A DNA stretch of 64,000 nucleotides from Podarcis bocagei (taxonomy: Eukaryota), in assembly GCA_964188305.1 (NCBI GenBank), contig OZ076895.1. One strand, 5' to 3'. The notes under the pieces are model-generated. The model saw only the letters and a program-made list of their open reading frames with translations, did no database searches and was not told the origin of the DNA. Shown piece after piece: positions 27,523 through 39,300 of the stretch (positions within the stretch are counted from its first letter, which is position 1; every line of letters begins with the position of its first letter). Position numbers and translations under genes: made by a program.

Positions 27523-28134
27523 TAGACCTCAAACTAGCCTTTCTCATTACTTCCCCTTGTGCCTATGGCTGTCATTTCTGGCCTCTATGTAAGAGGCATT
27601 TGGCCTTAAGAGAGAAAATATGGGAAAGGAAAATGGAACTTTGAAAGGTTGGGAGAATCTAAATTCTTGGGACAGTGGCCTCAGCCTCTTCTTTAACAAG
27701 GTGTGAATAAGTTTTCTGTAATTCTTGGTAATTTATCCGAAAGAACAAGAGCATCCTTGCTATACAGCAGGTGGAAGCCACCTGTTTCAAGCAGCACTAT
27801 AAGAGGTGCTTGGATGAAGGCAGGACCTGGTCTCTGAATGGTACAGCAAGACTTTTTAAAGTGTTGGTTCAGGGGTGGGGGAGTGGCCTTTGCTTCAGAG
27901 TAAATGTCTTGGAGAAGCTTAATGAAAGACTCAAAACAAGAAGGGTTTTGTTTTTTTTTGAGCAGAACATTGTGTAGAACTCTGACTTTTAGGTAACTCC
28001 CCTCCCCCCATGTTTCTGAGCAGATTTTACTGACGGAAACAAAGGACACTTAGATCAGAAGCTTTCTCTCTTGCAAATAATTTCTGTATGAATTTCCTTG
28101 AATTCCAAAATTCTTTCCCTTTCATTATTTCAAA

Positions 28135-28218
28135 TATTATTATTTATTTAGTAGTTTTTTTAATCCCCCCTTCAGCAGTACCAATCTCAGGGCAGCATAC
28201 AATAGCTACACAACAAAT

Positions 28219-28304
<86 letters not shown>

Positions 28305-28500
28305 ATATTACTACATTAAAACATTAAAACAGCAGCTATCATTAGATCAGAGCCTGAAAAATCCAATTATTTACAAATGCTTGCAGAAAGAGATGAGTCT
28401 TCAAACTAGCAAAAACTAAAAAATCAAGGGGCAAGCAGCACTTCCTGGGGGGTGGCATTCCATAGCCAGGGCACCACCAGTAAGAAGGCCCTGCTACTAG
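28135..28500 (-). mobile_element. Decayed L2 LINE 3' end (interrupted by the microsatellite)
   Basis: TTATTTATTTA tail and GCATTCCATAGCCAGGGCACCACC..AGAAGGCCCT, the reverse of an RAF...LWN motif. Confidence 0.55.
28221..28302. repeat. Compound microsatellite (TC)n(AC)n
   Basis: Seen directly. Confidence 0.98.
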
Positions 28501-28727
28501 TTATCACTCCAATTTGTGAGCTGTGGAAAACATACAAGAAAGTTCATTTCTCTGTCCAGTTAGAGATTATGAACTGCACAAGGCTGCATTGACAGATCCC
28601 AGCCAATATTATTACATTGTGTGATGCTGCACTAAGGAATCAGATGCTCCTGCATAAGCTGACTTTCACTTAATAAATTCATCAGTTTGAGTCTTCCTAG
28701 GATTAAATATGATTTGGAGGTGACAAT

Positions 28728-28941
28728 CATAGAATCATAGAGTTGGAATAGACCACAAGGGCCATCGAGTCCAACCCCCTGCCAAGCAGGAAACACCATC
28801 AGAGCACTCCTGACATATGGTTGTCAAGCCTCTGCTTAAAGACCTCCAAAGAAGGAGACTCCACCACACTCCTTGGCAGCAAATTCCACTGTCAAACAGC
28901 TCTTACTGTCAGGAAGTTCTTCCTAATGTTTAGGTGGAATA
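28728..28941 (-). mobile_element. 5'-truncated CR1 LINE, well preserved
   Basis: CATAGAATCATAGAGTTGGAA tail and CR1 ORF2 end on the reverse strand (FHLNIRKNFLTVRAV); possible ACAAT TSD. Confidence 0.9.
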
Positions 28942-29954
28942 ACAATGTAAATGTTCATTGTTAAAATGTGGATTTTTTCATCATTACTTTCTTTGCTTAA
29001 CAGACTAGGCTCTTGATTGTAAAACTCTGGTCCATTTTTAGGATGCTTTTAAAATGTGGAATTCTTTGACCAGAAAAGTCAAACTCAGACAAAGTATTAA
29101 GACAGCATAATTCTGGTTGGGAAAATCTATTTTGTATAACTTCCTAATTTATACAATTCTTTATCAGGACTAGGGAGAAAGAGCTGGAACTCATACAGCA
29201 ATTGTGGGTCAGAGTCTGTAATCAAGATGAATAACAATGGCTAGAGGCTATGCAGAGGGTCAGGAAACTGTGCCAAGTGAACCAATATGTCGTACCTCTA
29301 AAAGTCATGTCCTGACAGTCTCAAATTTCTGACTGGTTATATGTTTACTCAAACCTGTTTCCAAGATCTGTAAACTAAATAATATTTGCAACTCTTTTAG
29401 CGTATTCTAAGTAAGAAGTATCACCTTGAATCACGCCTAGAAACTAAATGTAAACAGGTGCTGTGGATCAAAGGCTTGTCTAATGGTCTATCTGCAGTAT
29501 TTGGAGATTCAGAATAATCTCATGTGCATGATTACAAACTGTCTGAAGCGCTTACCAGAGCATTGGAAAACAGTGATCAAATCCTGCAGCTAGTGCATAA
29601 GGTGTAACCCTTAAGACGGTACTCCTGACCACAGCACTGCTGAGCATCTGATCTGTAAGAAACATCTGCAACCATGTCTTTAAAAAAACCCCACTTCAAT
29701 AAAGGTCTGAATACATTTTTAGATTTATTTCAGTTTAATAATGAAAGGGCAAGGGATAGAGGGGCAAAGGTGGAGGAAGATTAAAAGTGGAAGAACCATT
29801 ATGAGATTGTCTAGATTGTCTCATCTCCCAACGATATCCCACTGAGGATCCTATTTAGCAAAGGACAAGGTTTTTTGTCTCAGTCCTCCAAGCTCTGCAG
29901 CTCCCCTGCTGGAATGCTCCTCTGCTAACCTCCCTTTGCTTTCCCCCATTGCAG

Positions 29955-31853
29955 GGTATTTACAGCTGCATCCATGGAGTGGCTATCGAGGACCGCCATT
30001 CTTCCATGAACTCCCCCACTGCCACCATGAACAATACCCATTCCAACATTTTGCGCCTGCTCCGAACAGCAAAGAACATGGCAAACCTTTCAGGCGTCAA
30101 TGGCTCACCACAAAGTGCCCTGGATTTTATCCGTCGCGAATCCTCTGTCTACGATATCTCTGAGCACCGCCGTAGCTTCACTCACTCCGACTGCAAGTCT
30201 TATAACAACCCCCCCTGCGAGGAAAACCTCTTCAGTGATTATATTAGTGAGGTGGAAAGGACCTTTGGTAATCTGCAGCTGAAAGAAAGCAATGTTTACC
30301 AAGACCATTATCATCACCACCATCGCCCCCATAGCATAGGGAGCGCCAGCTCCATCGATGGACTATATGACTGTGATAATCCACCCTTCTCCGCACAGCC
30401 TCGATCTCTCAGTAAGAAGCCATTAGATATCGGTTTGCCGCCGGCCAAACATGGCCAGTTAGGTGACCTTTATGGCAAGTTGTCTTTCAAGAGTGACCGA
30501 TACAGCGGTGGAGGGGCACACGACGATTTGATCCGTTCAGATGTCTCGGACATATCGACTCATACCGTGACTTATGGCAACATTGAGGGCAACGCTGCAA
30601 AGCGGCGAAAACAGCAGTATAAAGATAGTCTAAAGAAGCGGCCAGCCTCGGCCAAGTCACGGAGAGAGTTTGATGAGATTGAACTGGCCTATCGCCGGCG
30701 TCCCCGTTCCCCTGACCACAAGCGCTACTTTAGGGACAAGGAAGGGCTACGGGATTTCTATTTGGACCAGTTCCGGGCTAAGGAGAACTCACCGCACTGG
30801 GAACATGTGGATCTGACGGATATTTATAAAGAGCGGGGAGATGACTTCAAGCGTGACACTATAGGGGGAGCAGGGACATGTACTAACAGGACCCACCACA
30901 AACACGGGTCGGGGGAGTTTGGAGCAAACAATGAGCACAAGCACAGTGTTGTGAGTGGGGTACCAGCGCCATGGGAGAAAAACCTCACCAATCTCGATTG
31001 GGAGGAACGCCCTGGTGCTAACTATTGCCGCAGTTGCCCATCAAAGCTGCATAACTACACTCCGACCGTGGTGGGGCAGAATTCCACCCGCCAGCCATGC
31101 ATCCGGTGTGAAGCCTGCAAGAAGGCCGGAAACCTCTACGACATCAGTGAGGACAACTCCCTCCAAGAGCTGGATCAGCCATCTGCTCCTGTGCCCGTGG
31201 CAACCAGCACCTCCACTACCAAGTATCCTCAGAGCCCTTCCAACTCTGCCTCCAAGGTGCAGAAGAAGAATCGCAACAAGCTACGCCGGCAGCACTCCTA
31301 CGACACCTTTGTGGATCTGCAGAAGGAAGACGCCGCCCTGGCCCCTCGCAGCGTCAGCCTGAAGGACAAGGGCCGCTTTTTGGAGGGAAGCCCCTATGCC
31401 CACATGTTTGAGATGCCAGCCAGCGAGTCCACTTTTGCCAACAACAAGTCCTCAGTGCCCGCCACCAGCCACCACCACCACAACAATCCTGGCATTAGTG
31501 GTGGTTATATGCTCAGCAAGTCGCTCTACCCCGACCGGGTCACTCAAAACCCTTTCATCCCCACTTTTGGGGATGACCAGTGCTTGCTCCACGGCAGCAA
31601 ATCCTATTTCTTCAGGCAGCCTGTGGTGGCAGGAGGGCCCAAGGCCAGGCCAGACTTCNNNNNNNNNNNNNNNNNNNNNNNNNNNNNNNNNNNNNNNNNN
31701 NNNNNNNNNNNNNNNNNNNNNNNNNNNNNNNNNNNNNNNNNNNNNNNNNNNNNNNNNNNNNNNNNNNNNNNNNNNNNNNNNNNNNNNNNNNNNNNNNNNN
31801 NNNNNNNNNNNNNNGTTTATGAGAAACTTTCCAGTATTGAGTCTGATGTCTGA
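29955..31853 (+). CDS. GRIN2B: GluN2B terminal coding exon (cytoplasmic C-terminal domain), with a 156-N gap
   Basis: TTGCAG acceptor, then GIYSCIHGV... Contains the CaMKII site LRRQHSYD, Cys cluster CRSC...[22 protein letters not shown], the YEKL endocytic motif and the ESDV PDZ ligand before TGA. Confidence 0.99.
   Translation, partial: GIYSCIHGVAIEDRHSSMNSPTATMNNTHSNILRLLRTAKNMANLSGVNGSPQSALDFIRRESSVYDISEHRRSFTHSDCKSYNNPPCEENLFSDYISEVERTFGNLQLKESNVYQDHYHHHHRPHSIGSASSIDGLYDCDNPPFSAQPRSLSKKPLDIGLPPAKHGQLGDLYGKLSFKSDRYSGGGAHDDLIRSDVSDISTHTVTYGNIEGNAAKRRKQQYKDSLKKRPASAKSRREFDEIELAYRRRPRSPDHKRYFRDKEGLRDFYLDQFRAKENSPHWEHVDLTDIYKERGDDFKRDTIGGAGTCTNRTHHKHGSGEFGANNEHKHSVVSGVPAPWEKNLTNLDWEERPGANYCRSCPSKLHNYTPTVVGQNSTRQPCIRCEACKKAGNLYDISEDNSLQELDQPSAPVPVATSTSTTKYPQSPSNSASKVQKKNRNKLRRQHSYDTFVDLQKEDAALAPRSVSLKDKGRFLEGSPYAHMFEMPASESTFANNKSSVPATSHHHHNNPGISGGYMLSKSLYPDRVTQNPFIPTFGDDQCLLHGSKSYFFRQPVVAGGPKARPDFXXXXXXXXXXXXXXXXXXXXXXXXXXXXXXXXXXXXXXXXXXXXXXXXXXXXVYEKLSSIESDV
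31659..31814. other. Run of 156 N inside the GRIN2B CDS
   Basis: Seen directly; equals 52 codons and keeps the frame. Confidence 0.99.
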
Positions 31854-34800
31854 GTGATGGGGAAAAGCATGGGAGGGGATGGTGCTGGAAATGCAACGTG
31901 TGGGAGGGGCAGGTGGTGGGTTCAGACCTAGTTCCCATTTGCTACTCTTCTGCTACTCTTTTTTTCTTTGTGGAGTATTGGAGTTCTGCTTAGGCAGCGC
32001 TGATGCGAAGTGCCACCTCTTTCTTTCCCCAGATCCCCCATCCCCGATGATCTCTTTTCATTTCTCCACTCACAGTTCCATTCCTGGCCATCACATGTCA
32101 GAGCTTAGTAGCTTAGCTTGTGTTTTCACAGTTGGGAAAGGCAAAGGCATGGTTGAGGAGAGGCCAGCATACGAGTGGGAGCAATAGCCGCAGAGTTTGG
32201 GGTTTTCTCGGCACCAAACTGTGATGGTTAGTACAGATACGAGAAGGTGGCCTGAGGCGGAGAATGGAAGAGATAGAATGGGCATGAAGAAGATACAGGT
32301 CTTCTTACATATGTACTTTTAAGCAAAATTGATGGGACGTGAATAGTGTGGGATCAACTTAATGCATTTTATGTTGATTACATGCAAAAAATCATTCAGT
32401 TCTTTTGTGAAGACTCTGTGGGTTAAAGGCTGAAATATGGAGTTGCATATATACATATACATATATATATATATATACTGAAGATAAAAATGTATTGAAA
32501 TCTTGGTATATTTACCAGGGGGAGGGGAGGTTTGATATGTATGCAGATCTAGCCAGTGGTCCAGTCAACAGTAACCCAGTGAGGTCACTTCTGAAAGACG
32601 AATTGGAATGATAAAAGCGAATGCCAGTGAAACTTTCAGCAAAAGTCTTGGGAAAATTCAAATGTTGGGGTCCCAGGGGAGGTTTGGTTGCAGGTTTTGT
32701 GCTACTCATGAACAACTTGTTAATTTTGAAATGGTGAAATATCAAATATGGGTTGGTTTATGCACAAGCTTAAATGTGAAAATTAATTGACACGAACCAT
32801 CGTAACAACATGAGTTTCTTATCGCTACGATATTTAGTAGACAAACCCAGCAGAGCAAACCTTTCCAGTGCAAGGGAACATAAAGGACAGTGAATGAAAA
32901 GATGAACAGGGCTGGCAACTCAAGCTCCACAGTTGTTCTGATGAATTTAATTTGGCAGGGAGAAGGCTCAGCCATTGCTCCCTCCTCTAGCATATCATGC
33001 AACACGAGCAAGATGAATAATGGAAAGGCTTTCTCTGCTGATGTTGTATTTCCTCTGAGTAGAAAGTGGAAGAAGGCGGCGGCGGTGGTGGTGGGAATAG
33101 GGCCATCACAACTCAGACATGTGTATATGTGTATTTATTGAATATATTCTTATATTTGATAATTATAGTGTTGTGGAAATACACAGCTTGTCTTCCACAG
33201 GGCATGAGGAGATGAATCATCAGATCGTACAGATGCTGTGGTGACGACTGGAGAGCAGAGTTGGAAAGATGTGGGGAATATTGTTGTGAAGGGGACCGGC
33301 AGGTTCAAAAGTGCAAAAGCCGTATCACTTAGCATCTTGAGAGTTGTTCTGGCCCTGTCTTCAGTGCATATAGTACTGATAACAGCAGTTTGGCTACCAA
33401 GGAGGAATAACTGTAAATGCAAGTTAAAATGAGACACTTGTTAGAAGCGATATTGTTTCGTTTACAGCAGGAACCCTCAGGTAAGGGCAACAGGTCCATT
33501 GTTGCTTCCCAAAAATGTGGCAAAGCACCTCACTTTTTCATGGGTCTGTTGTTCTGCTTTCCTAACTGGAAAGGACTGTGAAAAGTGCTCTTCGGCTATC
33601 TTGGGCACATTGCAGTAGAACTGAACGCATGGACAGGCACAGGCCCTGAGCTTTGGAAGCAGCCATTCTTTTTCGAGCCACATTTCCTGCAGCTGATTCT
33701 CTTCTCGTGTATCCTTCCAACCATACCCTACTTGGCTTTATCTTAATACCTTTCTTGCATTTAAGCCAACTGAAGGCCTTGTTTTTTTGGTAGGCAGAGG
33801 CCAGTAGGAAGGGCCTGAACATTTTGTGAAATCGGATTCCCCCACCTCCTCTGGATTTACTAAGCAAGTTATGGAAGGAGGGACGCCCTCTCTATGGTTG
33901 GAGGAGTAGAACGCCTTTTTGTTCCTCTCTTCTTTCTCCTGTAAAGAAAGTAATGCTTGCTTAGCAGTCTGCAGAACATGGAGTGAACCCTCTGACAAGA
34001 GCAGTTGAGAAGGCATTCATTTCATTTGTAAATATGGTTTTCTTTTCTATTACATTTTGTACAAACAAGTGCTTCTCTTCTTGTGAATATTCAGGTTTGG
34101 AGAGAAGAGGGATTTTAGGTTGTCCTCCCACCCCTGCAACTTTCAGGCGATGTGTCTGGAAGTTGTTTGATGTGGGCCCAGGCTGTTAAAAATGGGGGAG
34201 AAGGAGAGAAAACTGCATGCATTGAATACCTCTATCTACACACCTGCCACCTTTTTTCTTCATGGTTCGAAAATATATTAGATCACCTCTAGCCTTGCTA
34301 GCAGGGCTTTCATGTTCTAATGGAAGCACACTATATCTCCCTTGCTTGATTCTAAACTCCATACCATAACCCTTCTCTGGAATCTGGGTCCTGGGCATTG
34401 TGCTGTTTTCCCTTGGTGATGAAGCAAACCATCATTTTGAATGTTCAGTTTAGATCATCACCCAACACTACAGGGACTTCTCCAAAGTTAATGTTGGCTT
34501 GGAAACCTTGGGAGTGGGAAATCTCAGTTTACTAGTACTTCTTAAGGTTTATTAAGCAGCTGGGTTTGATCCTACTGATTAAGCCTGCCTTTGGCAGCTA
34601 TGTCAGTATTCCCATCCCTCAGCTGAAACCAAATGCAGTTGAGAATGGTACTTCGGAGAAAATTAAACTGAAAAACAAACCAAAAAGATGCTAACTGAAC
34701 TCTCAGAATGATTCCAGATCTTTGTTTTGGATGACGGTTCACTATGGTTCACATTTTCTTATAACCTTTTTCTCTGACCCTAGCTCAATTTAAACGTTGA

Positions 34801-35067
34801 ATGACATGTTTACATTTATAGTGTTTAGGTTTGATAATATTAAAGTGCTTTACAAATTTTAATTTGTGTGCACAGAGTGTGAAAATTGTCTGCTTAAGGA
34901 TAACAGGAAATGTTGGAGGACTTTCAACAACAATACATTTGCAGGTGTCTTGTGTATTGCCTTGACACATGAAAAGAGCCTCTGGCTTTCTTTCCCCTTC
35001 TCTTTCATTTGAAACATACATTTTTCTTTCTCTTGAAATTTGACCAAGAGGGAAAGGGTTGGTTGGA

Positions 35068-35068
<1 letters not shown>

Positions 35069-35115
<47 letters not shown>
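35069..35115. repeat. (CA)n microsatellite in the putative 3'UTR
   Basis: Seen directly. Confidence 0.98.
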
Positions 35116-35117
<2 letters not shown>

Positions 35118-37487
35118 CTTGGAACACTGATTACAATTTTGTAATTTAAAATTCCGAGTGTTATTTCACTAAAAATAATCGAGTGAACATAACAGGAAAT
35201 TTTAGCAGCAGGTGCTGTTTATGCTAGAATGGAGGCTGTGATGTTGGTTGCTTAACTTGCCAAAAAAATACATGAGACTTTGTACGAGAGGCCAACAAAA
35301 GTGAATGTTTATCAGCTCAGAAACCCAGTTTCTTCTTCCTCTTAGAAAAATGGGGTGTGTTCCTAATATTTCTGTCATTTCATAACATTGATTCCCCCCC
35401 CCCATGAACTAAGGGTGTTTGTTTTGCATGGGTGAGTGGTTCTGTACCTGAACATACATAATGTAACTGGTATGGTTTTTTTCCAGTCTGGCATATCTTG
35501 CCATTAATGTCTTTTGGGAGGATATATTGAAATACTTTCTAAATGCTCATACTTCTGGAGCCATGGCAATATGTATGTAATAAATGTTATGGTATAAAGG
35601 AGGAAAAGATGGGGTGGGGGAATGGCAGACTTCCCATGCTGTTAGACATTAGTATGGCATGCTGCCGGACCACTTATTCTGGCATTCTTTAATGGAGGTG
35701 GTATGTCTGCCAATGTAGCAATACACCATGTTATGTTATGTTATATCCTGCCATAATGTGTGGTGCTCCATAAATTTGGTGAGTGGGGTATTATGCATGA
35801 CACAAACATATCAAAGAAAATGGGTTGTCCCTGCATCAGCACTAATCTACAGGTTTTTAAAAGTATACTGCCCCTCTCCATCCCCACCCCATACTCCCTT
35901 GCACATGTAAATCAACTACTATCTCTCATACTTGCCAAAATCCAACACAATCCCAATTTGGGCACAGGTATTCCGGCAGTTTCTTACAACTCACTTCCTG
36001 CCACTGGGAATTCTTCTTCAAATTCCTTTAATAAAAATCTACATCATTCCTAAATACAGTCATAGTTAGGATAATCAGAGGCTAGTTGCACAGAGGAACT
36101 ATTTTGTTCCAGGATGTTGTCAGAACAAACATGTACGCCTCATAAGTTTGCTTAGATGAAGCATGGTCGTATCCCTTCTTGTCCAAAAGAGCTGGCAGCC
36201 TATATTCATGATTGTACTCCGTATTGCCCACCTGCTCTCAAATGGGGCTTGTGTTGGTTTCATTCCATCACATCCATCAGATATATGCGCATGAAGCTAC
36301 CTGAAAGATCGGGCCCTGAAGTTCCTGGCAACAATAGAAGAGGACCTCAACCCCTCAAGCTTGCATTTTGCATCCTCTCCCATAAGTGCTTCCCTACAAT
36401 TACATACTGAACATACCAGGTCTGTCCAAGTGGAAAACGTCCACTCTACTTCTGGACGCTGCTCGAATATGAAGAAAGTAATTAGTGGGACACTAGCTTT
36501 GTCCCCCAAGGGCTTATTTCCAGTTTGTAGCCAAATAGGCTTCCAAGCCATAATTCTGTTCTTAATATTCCCTACACCCTCACCACTGGAAAAGTTGGTT
36601 AGGGTTATAACCGCCAGTTATAGATCCAGACATATAGCATCATTTTCATTATGGATGGGTTTCCATTTCTGGCACCCATCCAGACAAGCTTCAAACTAAA
36701 CCACTACATTTTAAAAACTTTTATTTTAAATACTTTGAAGGCCCACCCTTTCCAGCCTCTGAATGTTACTAAATTCCCTTTATTGTTGACAATAATGTGA
36801 ATTAGTGTAGAGTATATCTTGACAAAATTAGAATATTCTCTATTAGCAAAGTCCAGTTAAAAACAACAAAGCAGTGCTATGAAGATTGAATATCACTTCA
36901 CACAACCAGACCAGCTTGGTGATAGACCAGTGAGCCAAGGAGGGGCATAGACAAAGGGCACCCCCATAAGCTTCAAATTAAATTGCCCTCCTCCATGATG
37001 AGTTGGTGGAGTGAGTGGATCCAGGCTCTGGTCTGCCCGTGGTAAAGCTTAATACCATACCCAGCTCACATGTCATGCCATCTGCGAAGCTGTGGGGTAT
37101 GCAATGATTTGACCACATGTCAGACTGAGCTGGATCCATTTGGTCAGCAAGCCCATCATGCCAATTCAATCACCTGAACTGGGCTCAAGATAAAATCTGT
37201 GTTATCAGTTATTCATAATTTAATTTATTTAACCTATCACAAGTGGTTGTAATGAATACCACAGTTAAGTTCTTGGAAGGTCCGACCTATTCCATACTGT
37301 GTTAACTGCATTTCTTTCATAAACACTGGTGTTTGTGTGTACACACAAACACACCACATACTAAAAAGCTGAATAATATATATGTAGGTCTCACATAACT
37401 TCAGCAAAAAGCTTGAGTATGTATGGACACATCTCAAACATCAAAATCAATATATTTCAGCAAACATTTTTTACTCTTTTTAGTCAC

Positions 37488-37493
37488 AATAAA
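37488..37493 (+). terminator. Candidate internal polyadenylation signal AATAAA (~5.6 kb UTR)
   Basis: U-rich upstream sequence and TTGTTTTTAATGTTATGT 40-55 nt downstream. Confidence 0.4.
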
Positions 37494-38434
37494 GCATTTT
37501 ATCAAAGCAGAAACAATGCAACATTTCCTGACATTGTTTTTAATGTTATGTATTCATGTTGTGCCATATATATCATCCGCTTATTTGATTGCGGTTATAT
37601 GTAAATATAAGTGTACATATGTACAGGAGCTAATTACAGCAGCTATATTCAGGTTGGGGGAAGAGGGTAATTTTTTTATATGTACAGTATTTCCATATTA
37701 AGCAAAGGCATGGGGAAGGGGGAATTGACTTATGAGTTGTGGTTTTCCTTGGTCTGTGGTGTTTGAAGTTGTTTCAGTGGTTGCTTTTGCCAGTTTGGGA
37801 AGTTTATCTGGATGTTCTATGTGTGTGCTAAGAAAGGGACTCATGTTGGGGGAGGTTTGGGGGCTGGTGGTGGGTGGGGAGGAAAAGGGTGTTAATAGTT
37901 TCCTTAATTAGAACATGTATTGATAGCTAGAGATTACATGTTTGAGATTATATGTTTGAAACACCAGGCTACCCCTTTCCTTAGATTGTCTGTCTTTATT
38001 TTTCCCCCTCTCTCTCCTCTGAAAACTGTCCCATGTTTCTCTCCCTTCCTTTTCCTGGGATGTTAGTAACATCCACCATTTTGATATGTGTGTCTTTCTC
38101 TGACATTGTTCAAGGGTCTTCTTCACCCACTTCTTCTGCAAGGAAAAGCCATTTTCTAACATCCCTCCTACACAGCAAGTTGTTGTTCTGGATCTTCTAC
38201 GTAAAACCCATGCCAGAGCCTCACTCCCCATGTTCAAATCTGACCATAACCCCACCTTACTGAAGTGTGTTCAGATCTCTTCTGAGGTTTTGTACCTCAT
38301 TTTTTTGTTCAGACTACTCTGCTTCTTTGGCTGTCACCTCACCCCCTCCTGCTCTCTTGCTGTGCATGTGTGATTTTGGGCATCTAAAGATGGCATCTCT
38401 TTTCCAAGCAGAACCCTTTCATTGTGGGTAGTAA

Positions 38435-38600
38435 AGCTAGTGTGGTAGACTGAGTTGAGTGTTAGATTTGTACTTCACATCCTTACTCAGCCATGAAGCT
38501 TGCTAGATGGCCTACTCTTGGAGAGATGAAATTGGGATTGTCCTAGATATGCCACCCTGCACTATTTGCAGGAAGGGCAGGATTTTAATTATTTAATATG
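38435..38600 (+). mobile_element. Old SINE fragment (MIR/CORE-like)
   Basis: GTGTGGT...GAGTGTTAGA..TTCACATCCTTACTCAGCCATGAAGCT with an AT-rich tail; highly decayed. Confidence 0.45.
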
Positions 38601-39112
38601 ATTAAAATAGAAATAATTGACAGATGTTGTTTCCCAGCCACCCACATGCTAATAGGTACATTTCTGAAATCACCTGGTATTGCTCTTCAGCTAGTCAGGT
38701 AGCGGCAGAGCAGTGTACCATCTGTGATCTCCTTGGAAAAGTTCTTTTGACTCTAATAAACAGTTGGCATGATTTGACAATTGAGGCATGGACACAAAGC
38801 CTTTTCACCATGCTTTCTTTCATGAGGGTCCTCATAAATCCCATCAAATGCACTTTGTCAGCCTTCATTTCAACCATCTAACATTGTATTACCTTAAAAT
38901 TTCCTTCTTATTACAAGAAATCTTGTTCATAAGTCTTTATATGGTTGGTTGCTCATCGTTATGTCCTCTCTAATTTTCTCAACACCCTTTTGTAAAAGTG
39001 CAAAATAAAATCAAAAGTATATCTAGTACGCTTACCCTCCCCTGTTCCTTCTTGCTACCGCCCTTGTTGTCTAACATCAGCCCTGTTGACACCCTGATCT
39101 TGTTATCCAAAA

Positions 39113-39300
39113 ACACAAGGCGAGTCTGCTGGATCAGGCCAGTGGCCCAGCTAGTCCAGCATCTCACAGGGGCCAGTGAGATGCCTATGGGAAGCCTGAA
39201 AGCAGGACTTGACCACAGCAGCCCTCTCCCCACCCTTGATTCCCAGTGGCTGGTATTCAGACACCTACTGCCTTCAACAGTGGAGGCAGAACCATGCCAG
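39113..39300 (-). mobile_element. CR1 LINE 3' end fragment in the putative 3'UTR
   Basis: CTGCTGGATCAGGCCAGTGGCCCAGCTAGTCCAGCATC...CTGGTATTCAGA, homologous to 11042-11270. Confidence 0.7.

Noticed and set aside
30955-31857. Alternative-frame ORFs overlapping the GluN2B CTD
   Set aside because: Expected shadows of GC-rich coding sequence, and partly inflated by the N run.
31851-31860. Stop-codon readthrough masking the PDZ ligand
   Set aside because: The context is TGA-GTG, not the TGA-CTAG readthrough motif.
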